Source: an uncultured Methanosarcinales archaeon (GTDB lineage Archaea > Nanobdellota > Nanobdellia > Woesearchaeales > CAXGTL01). Taken from it: DNA of 64,000 nucleotides. Each line of letters starts with the position of its first letter. Within the stretch, counting starts at the first letter, position 1. The position numbers and the translations under genes were made by a program. A model generated the notes under the pieces. It was given only the letters and a program-made list of their open reading frames with translations, had not been told where the DNA came from and did no database searches. Of this stretch, positions 57,905-64,000 are shown one piece after another. The DNA lies in NCBI GenBank assembly GCA_964535955.1, contig CAZHVK010000009.1, positions 1 to 64,000 on the forward strand, in the 5' to 3' direction.

Positions 57905-58015
57905 TGGTGCAACCCGCCAGTTTGGCCAGTGAGCCAATGTTATTCATCGTAAGAATGAGTTGAGGCTCTATTTGTCCTCATAATAAATTAGAGTCGGTGA
58001 ACGAGGGTTGCACCA
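57905..58015 (+). repeat. Structured family C element copy 3
   Basis: Closing stem TGGTGCAACCC/GGGTTGCACCA; core GCCAGTTTGGC-CA-GTGAGCC ... GGTGAACGA. Confidence 0.8.
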
Positions 58016-58066
58016 ATCCTTTATAATTTACGAATAACTTATAAACTACTAATCACAATCATATTA

Positions 58067-58131
58067 TGGCCTGTGATTATGTTATTCCCGGCTGACGAAA
58101 GGATGATGAGCGGAAGTAACTTATGAGGCCA
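58067..58131 (+). ncRNA. Box C/D methylation guide sRNA
   Basis: Terminal stem TGGCC/GGCCA; C GTGATTA, D' CTGA, C' ATGATGA, D ATGA; 12-13 nt guides; TTATAAA box about 25 bp upstream. Confidence 0.8.
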
Positions 58132-58167
58132 CTATCTTTATATAGTTATAAATAATAAATAAATAAA

Positions 58168-58833
58168 ATGGTATTTAGAATCGGACATAGGGGAGCTGCA
58201 GGGTATGTTGATGAAGATACTTTAGAAAGTATAAAAAAAGCTATTGAACTAAGATGCAGCATGGTAGAGATTGATGTAAGAAAGTGTAAGTCAGGTGAAA
58301 TAATCCTTATGCATGATAAAAAAGTAAACAGGACAACTAATGGCAGAGGAAAAGTGAGAAAGATTCCTTATGAGGATATCAGAAAATTAAGAACAAAATC
58401 TGGCTACAAAGTTCCCACATTAGAACAAGCTTTAAAACTTATGAAAGGTAAATGCCAGATCAATATTGAGATAAAAGACAGACATTCTTATATTGAGATA
58501 CTTAATCTTATTGAAAAATTTGATGTTTCAGAAGATGTTATAATTTCATCTTTTAGATGGGAAGTTTTAAAAAAAATAAAAGAATTAAATCCTATTATTA
58601 AGACAGGATTATTATCAAAAAGAAGAATAGGCAGAATAAAGATTGCAAAAAGACTTGGTTGTTATAGTGTTCACCCACATTTCTCTTCTAGAATCACAAA
58701 AAGATTTGTTTACAGAGCCCATAAACACAATCTTAAGGTCATTGCCTGGACTATTAATTGGTCAGGTTTTATTGATGGTCTAAGAAAGATAGGTATTGAC
58801 GGAATTATTTCTGATTTTCCTGAAAGGATTTGA
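58168..58833 (+). CDS. Glycerophosphodiester phosphodiesterase
   Basis: IGHRGA, EIDV, MHD..V.RTTNG, NIEIK, AWTIN, GIISDFP. Confidence 0.93.
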   Translation: MVFRIGHRGAAGYVDEDTLESIKKAIELRCSMVEIDVRKCKSGEIILMHDKKVNRTTNGRGKVRKIPYEDIRKLRTKSGYKVPTLEQALKLMKGKCQINIEIKDRHSYIEILNLIEKFDVSEDVIISSFRWEVLKKIKELNPIIKTGLLSKRRIGRIKIAKRLGCYSVHPHFSSRITKRFVYRAHKHNLKVIAWTINWSGFIDGLRKIGIDGIISDFPERI

Positions 58834-58846
58834 GAAAAATAAAGAG

Positions 58847-58952
58847 AGCCCCTGGCCAGACTTTCACTAATTTCTTAGATTTGAACTGGCGACCTGTCGC
58901 TTTCTGTATAAATTATACTAGGCGACCGCTATAGCCACTAAGCTACAGGGGC
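58847..58952 (-). tRNA. tRNA-Thr(AGU) with two introns (37/38 at 58902-58915; 59/60 at 58861-58879)
   Basis: GCCCCTG/CAGGGGC, GTCGC-CT-AGT-AA-GCGAC, GCCAG/CTGGC, discriminator T. Confidence 0.85.
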
Positions 58953-59004
58953 ATAGACTAAAGGTTGTATGATTTATTTAAAAACATTTCTAAAAATAAA
59001 AGAA

Positions 59005-59499
59005 TTATTGAGGAATACTTGATTCTAAATCTGAATGTTGTTCTTTTACCTTATCCCTAAGCTTTGATCTTGCTTTATTGTATAAAGCATTGCATCTATC
59101 AAACACTCTTCTTGCATGATGAACTTTTAGACTATCGCCTTTTTTGTCATTAATAGTATAAGTTTTTTCTTCTTGTCCTTTTTCTTTTATCACTATTCTT
59201 TCTAATTCTTGACATTCATAATTATGTGCAGTAATGCTTCTTTCATTAAGCATATCCAATAGCTTATACAGTGTATCTCCTTCTTTAATAATCATCCTGT
59301 TCATATTAAGGTCATCAGCATCTTGATAAAAACAAGGTATTCCTTCATTATAATGAACATCAACAACACGCGGTGATCCTGGATCATCTGATAAATCAAT
59401 ATTACCATTATGATTAAAACTACCACATCCACCTAATGTAAGAATTCCTCCTATAAGTACTAGTGTTGTAGCTATTTTTGAAAAGTATTTTTTGATCAT
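59005..59499 (-). CDS. Putative lipoprotein
   Basis: Signal peptide ending LGGC lipobox. Confidence 0.6.
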   Translation of the reverse strand: MIKKYFSKIATTLVLIGGILTLGGCGSFNHNGNIDLSDDPGSPRVVDVHYNEGIPCFYQDADDLNMNRMIIKEGDTLYKLLDMLNERSITAHNYECQELERIVIKEKGQEEKTYTINDKKGDSLKVHHARRVFDRCNALYNKARSKLRDKVKEQHSDLESSIPQ

Positions 59500-59622
59500 A
59501 TTGTGTATGTGGAGATATTCATCCTTTATAAATGTTTCGTTTTTGCACTACTTCTGGGTGGTAATAGATTCTTAATTAAAACAATAAAATTTATATCTAA
59601 CCTCTACTTATACATCAATATA

Positions 59623-59949
59623 ATGCAAAACCTAGATGAAAAATCATTAGAAGAATTCATTCTAAACTCACAGTTTCCAGTAGCAGTGCTATTCTGGGGC
59701 TCATGGAGCCAAGCATGCAGAGAAATAGAGCCAATATTTGAAAACCTGAAACGACAATTTGCTCGAAGATTAAAGTTTGCAAAAGTAAACCTAGGTTCAA
59801 ACAAAGCTCTAGGTGACAAATTAAATGTCAGAGCAGTGCCAACAATTGTATTCTTTAATGTTGCTGCAAAACCAGTACATCAGATATCAGGTGTTTATTC
59901 TCAGGCAGATTTTACTAATAAATTTAATTCTGCTATGAATTTATTATAA
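59623..59949 (+). CDS. Thioredoxin-fold protein with SxxC site
   Basis: FWGSWSQACR, AKVN, VRAVPTI. Confidence 0.85.
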   Translation: MQNLDEKSLEEFILNSQFPVAVLFWGSWSQACREIEPIFENLKRQFARRLKFAKVNLGSNKALGDKLNVRAVPTIVFFNVAAKPVHQISGVYSQADFTNKFNSAMNLL

Positions 59950-59963
59950 TTATGTATTTTCTA

Positions 59964-60791
59964 TCATTTCTTCAACCTGTTGCAATAGACAATATTGTCG
60001 TGTTGTTTGAATATTGGAAAGATCAAATCAGGAATTAGTTTGTCTAAATCTTTATGAGTGTCATGACCAGATTGTTCTGATAAAAGATCATACACTTCTT
60101 GTAACTTATCTCCAATCAATTGATAATGTATTTCTTTTACACCATTCATCACTCTTTCACTAGGTGTAACATAATCTAAGATTTCTAATAAAGGATATTC
60201 TTTATTATCTAATCCTTTACAATACCTAATAATATCATTAACATCATCTTCTGAGCCAGTTATCTTTAGATTTAGATTTTGTTCAGTAACAATATCTTTA
60301 AAACCCCAGTCAAACACAACATATACTGGCTTTTTTTCTTTTAATGATATATAATACCTGACCATATTTTCAAACTGTGTTTCTGTATAATCATAATCAT
60401 AACTAACTTTACCAGCTTCATGCATCTCAAGTTCTAGAAGTGATTGTCTCATCATTACTCCAGATGTTGGTTCATGTTGAAATGGTATGTTGTTTGATAC
60501 TTGTTTTATCTCTTTTATATTTTTTAGTATATGTGATAAATATTCATCATTATCTTCAGCTATATTAGAATGTTCAACAAGCAATATGTCTAAGTTCCTA
60601 GATTTGTCAAGAAATCCTTTAATCTCATTTATCTGTCTTTGTTTTTGTTCTTGAACCCTCTTATCATTCTCCATTTTACCAAGAACACCAACCAATATCA
60701 TAAGATTATGTCTCATGTCTCTGTTAAACTCAATAGCTGTTCTAGTAAGTCCTTGTTTTTCAATTAAATCATAAGTTTTTTCATTTATCAT
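59964..60791 (-). CDS. Hypothetical protein
   Basis: 275-aa ORF with SD. Confidence 0.65.
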   Translation of the reverse strand: MINEKTYDLIEKQGLTRTAIEFNRDMRHNLMILVGVLGKMENDKRVQEQKQRQINEIKGFLDKSRNLDILLVEHSNIAEDNDEYLSHILKNIKEIKQVSNNIPFQHEPTSGVMMRQSLLELEMHEAGKVSYDYDYTETQFENMVRYYISLKEKKPVYVVFDWGFKDIVTEQNLNLKITGSEDDVNDIIRYCKGLDNKEYPLLEILDYVTPSERVMNGVKEIHYQLIGDKLQEVYDLLSEQSGHDTHKDLDKLIPDLIFPIFKQHDNIVYCNRLKK

Positions 60792-60932
60792 AATATCCCC
60801 TCATTACACACTCCTGACTTATTTATCATTTATATATATTATTAAACTCTAATATGTAGATTAAATATATACCATAATAATTAGGTGTTTTCTAAGAATA
60901 ACTTTAAAAATGATAAAACACACCACTATACA

Positions 60933-62444
60933 ATGAAAACACAAAATGTATTTTTAATAAGAATAAGAAAAACCACCTCTTTATTTCAAATCACCAGAAT
61001 AATAGACAGAAACCTAGAAAAACACCAAAAAGAGTTAGAAGCAGCTGTGTCAGAATTAGATGATACTTTTTTTGCAAAAATGATTACTCAATCTGATTTA
61101 GAAGATGTTGGGAAATTTATCCAACACATGAGCTGCATTGACAGAAAAAAGACAAAAGAGATATTATATACACTTTCTGATGATATGTGGAACAAGATGC
61201 TTGATGATGCTTCTTTTTCTCCTTATCATAAATTTTATGAAAACATAGTATATGCTTTGCATGCATATAAATTTTTTAGAAAATTCTTTAGTTACAAAAG
61301 ACTTGAGACAAAGATGAAGGAGTTGAGTCAATATCATTTGTTTTATAGGATCTTAAAACAAGTAAAAAGAATTGATAAAACATTTAAAATAGAACTAAAC
61401 CTTGAACTGATCAATGAATTGTATGAAAAAGAATATCCAACAGGGTTTTATATTTTTTTAGAAAATAAAGATCAGTTTGTTTTAGAATTTTTATCTCTAA
61501 TACCAATTGATAAGATCATCAGTAAACATAAGCATGCCATTGGTATCATGGCAGTATTACTAGAAAACATATTAAAAATCAACAAACACATGGAATTTAT
61601 TGAAAAATATAATAAAGAATTAAAAAACATGTTTTATTCATCTGTAAACAGCAGTAAAATAGACAGACCTAATAATTTTATCACATTTATAGATTTTCTT
61701 AAATACAATGCGCCAGATAAACTCTCTGATTTTATTAACCAAGAAAATCTTCTTTCTGATAAAGGTGATATACAAATATATTCAAAACTGATTCTGCATC
61801 TTTTTTTGATTAAATACAATACACTATTGTTTAAACATTTTTTTGAATTAGATATGATTAAGAAATATTTTGATTATAATAAGTATAATAAATCACAAAA
61901 CAAATTAAGGTTTCTTGCAGCTTGTTTAAAAAAAGTCCTTTTTAGTTTTACTGCAGAGTATGAAAGGAATTCTGAGTTTGTAAAATTACTTTACTTTATC
62001 ATAAGAAGAGAAATTATCAAGATTGCTAAAGATTATAATCCTGATTATAAATTAGCACTTTTAGAAGACAGACAAATCATGCAAGAAGAAGATAGCAAAG
62101 ATCATCTTAAAAGAGAAATTGAAAAAGCACCTAAAGTTCCAGATATTCCTGATGAATTATCAGCAGATGATATTGATGATATGTCAAACCAGCATAAGTC
62201 AGAAGGTAGAAAAGAATTAATTGATATGTTTAATAAGATATTAGCACGCCATAAGCAGCATAGCAGTGATTATGACAAATGCATGAAAACTTATAAAAAC
62301 ACAGAATTAACAAAACAAAACCTAGGTGATAAATTATTAATGCTTGCAGATGTTCTGACTATTATGTATGAAGATAAGACATGGACAGCAAGAAACAATG
62401 GATTTATTTTGGATGATTTAAGAGAAATGTCTGAGTTTATATAG
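60933..62444 (+). CDS. Alpha-helical hypothetical protein
   Basis: About 500-aa ORF. Confidence 0.65.
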   Translation: MKTQNVFLIRIRKTTSLFQITRIIDRNLEKHQKELEAAVSELDDTFFAKMITQSDLEDVGKFIQHMSCIDRKKTKEILYTLSDDMWNKMLDDASFSPYHKFYENIVYALHAYKFFRKFFSYKRLETKMKELSQYHLFYRILKQVKRIDKTFKIELNLELINELYEKEYPTGFYIFLENKDQFVLEFLSLIPIDKIISKHKHAIGIMAVLLENILKINKHMEFIEKYNKELKNMFYSSVNSSKIDRPNNFITFIDFLKYNAPDKLSDFINQENLLSDKGDIQIYSKLILHLFLIKYNTLLFKHFFELDMIKKYFDYNKYNKSQNKLRFLAACLKKVLFSFTAEYERNSEFVKLLYFIIRREIIKIAKDYNPDYKLALLEDRQIMQEEDSKDHLKREIEKAPKVPDIPDELSADDIDDMSNQHKSEGRKELIDMFNKILARHKQHSSDYDKCMKTYKNTELTKQNLGDKLLMLADVLTIMYEDKTWTARNNGFILDDLREMSEFI

Positions 62445-62501
62445 AAATCTTTATTAACCTCTTCTATTTCTTATTATAATAATAATAGTGGGTGAGATAA
62501 T

Positions 62502-63614
62502 ATGAATGTTCAAGGAAAACATTATAGAACAATTTGGGTAAAAGAAGATAATAATAAGGTAATTCAGATAATTGATCAAAGACCTTTGCCTCATAAGTTT
62601 GTTATAGAAGATATTTCTAATTCAGATGAAATGGCTGTTGCAATTAAAGATATGCATCTAAGAGGTGCAGGTTTGATAGGAGCAGCAGCTGGTTATGGTA
62701 TGTATTTAGCAGTATTAGAAGCTGCAAATAACCCTGATAAGTTTGATGAACTTTTATTTACATCAGCTGAGAAGTTAAAAGCAACAAGACCTACTGCTGT
62801 TAATCTAAAATGGGCTGTACAGAGGCAATTAGATGAAATTAAGAAAGGCAATTCAGTTCATGAAAAAATAGACATTGCATTTAAAACAGCTAACACAATA
62901 GCAGATGAAGATGCTGAATTCTGTAAAAGATTAGGAGAACATGGTGTAAAGATAATTGAAGAATTAAGTAAAAATAAAAATGGTGAAGTTGTGAATATAT
63001 TAACACATTGTAATGCAGGTTGGTTAGCATTTGTTGATTATGGATCTGCAACTGCACCAATATATGAAGCATTTAACAGAGGAATAAAGATCCATGTTTG
63101 GGTTGATGAAACAAGGCCAAGGAATCAAGGTGCTAGACTAACTGCATGGGAACTTGGTCAACATGGTGTGCCTCACACTATTATTCCTGACAATGTTGGT
63201 GGTCATATTATGCAGCATGGTATGGTTGACATGTGTATAGTTGGCACAGATAGAACAACATATACAGGTGATGTTGCTAATAAGATTGGAACTTATCTAA
63301 AAGCTTTGGCTGCACATGATAATAATGTTCCATTTTATGTAGCTTTACCTTCATCAACATTTGACTGGACTATAAAGGACGGTGTTAAAGAGATTCCAAT
63401 TGAAGAAAGAGGTTCTGATGAAGTCAAATATATACAAGGCATGTGTAATGGTGAATTAAAAAAAGTATTATTAACACCTGAACAAAGTCCTGCAACTAAT
63501 TTTGCATTTGATGTTACACCGCGAAGATTGATTACTGGTCTGATAACAGAAAGAGGGATATGTAAAGCAAATGAAGAAGATATCTTAAGATTATATCCTG
63601 AAAATAAAAAATGA
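62502..63614 (+). CDS. mtnA: S-methyl-5-thioribose-1-phosphate isomerase
   Basis: IDQR.LP, RPTAVNL, LTHCNAG.LA, DETRP..QGARLT.WE, NKIGTY, FDVTP. Confidence 0.92.
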   Translation: MNVQGKHYRTIWVKEDNNKVIQIIDQRPLPHKFVIEDISNSDEMAVAIKDMHLRGAGLIGAAAGYGMYLAVLEAANNPDKFDELLFTSAEKLKATRPTAVNLKWAVQRQLDEIKKGNSVHEKIDIAFKTANTIADEDAEFCKRLGEHGVKIIEELSKNKNGEVVNILTHCNAGWLAFVDYGSATAPIYEAFNRGIKIHVWVDETRPRNQGARLTAWELGQHGVPHTIIPDNVGGHIMQHGMVDMCIVGTDRTTYTGDVANKIGTYLKALAAHDNNVPFYVALPSSTFDWTIKDGVKEIPIEERGSDEVKYIQGMCNGELKKVLLTPEQSPATNFAFDVTPRRLITGLITERGICKANEEDILRLYPENKK

Positions 63615-64000
63615 AACAAAAAATCATACAATTATGTAAGGACATAGAAAAACAGCATAACATCAAGATATTGTTTGCAGTAGAAAACGGTTCAAGAGCC
63701 TGGAGAATGTCTAGCAAAGACAGTGACTATGATGTTAGGTTTGTATTTGTAAGACAATTAAAAGATTATATTCAGATCAAACAGCTGCAAGATGTTATCA
63801 ACATAATGTTTGACAAAGACGGCAACACAGTAAGCAAAAATGCAGTGATTGATTTGTCTGGGTTTGACATATTCAAATATATTAAATTATTATCATCTTC
63901 AAATCCAACAACAATCGAATGGTTAATGTCAGACATTGTGTATTATGGTAAACAAAACAAGGTGTTGAAACAATTTGCATTGAAAAACCACAACCCAATT
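63611..64000 (+). CDS. Pol-beta-superfamily nucleotidyltransferase (YcgL-like), truncated by the window edge
   Basis: ILFAVENGSRAWRMSSKDSDYDVRFVF; ATGA overlap with mtnA. Confidence 0.85.
   Translation, partial: MKQKIIQLCKDIEKQHNIKILFAVENGSRAWRMSSKDSDYDVRFVFVRQLKDYIQIKQLQDVINIMFDKDGNTVSKNAVIDLSGFDIFKYIKLLSSSNPTTIEWLMSDIVYYGKQNKVLKQFALKNHNPI

Noticed and set aside
58092..58120. CTGACGA as a hammerhead ribozyme core
   Set aside because: No stem II followed by GAAA; box C/D architecture explains the sequence
59623..59949. SxxC thioredoxin as a selenoprotein or recoding case
   Set aside because: The codon is AGC (Ser), not an in-frame TGA; monothiol variants are common
1..64000. CRISPR array, cas genes, rRNA, transposase or integrase
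   Set aside because: No regularly spaced repeats or recognisable motifs seen

Overview
AT-rich archaeal genome fragment with two 100-N scaffold gaps. Gene content (rps19e-rpl39e-rpl31e, Cbf5, Rad50, NurA, TrmB, Lrp/AsnC cluster, class III signal-peptide proteins, many short orphans) suggests a DPANN archaeon, probably Woesearchaeota/Pacearchaeota-like (inference). Housekeeping genes include ppsA, ileS, topA, rad50, nurA, cbf5 and mtnA. The most unusual content is non-coding. (1) Small palindromic elements: family A (3 copies, GGCTYCATCCAAAA ends); family B (2 copies, GGCTYTGTAGAAA ends, 8-bp target duplications); family C (3 copies, fully covarying closing stems around a conserved core); and a 54-61 bp TGTCA...TGACA double-hairpin module present inside some A and B copies and absent from others, with no target duplication. 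Families A-C share tandem G.A hairpins. No transposase is in the window. (2) Three multi-intron tRNAs sharing a 59/60 T-loop intron, including a tRNA-Thr with an AGU anticodon and a tRNA-Val(GAC) that may need nested splicing around a 1-nt exon. (3) A box C/D sRNA predicted to target the 23S peptidyl-transferase centre. (4) A structured leader before an NYN nuclease gene. Among proteins, an RHH-led operon of two paralogs with helical repeats and a conserved Cys-containing GNAT-like domain stands out. All assignments come from reading the sequence; no searches were run.
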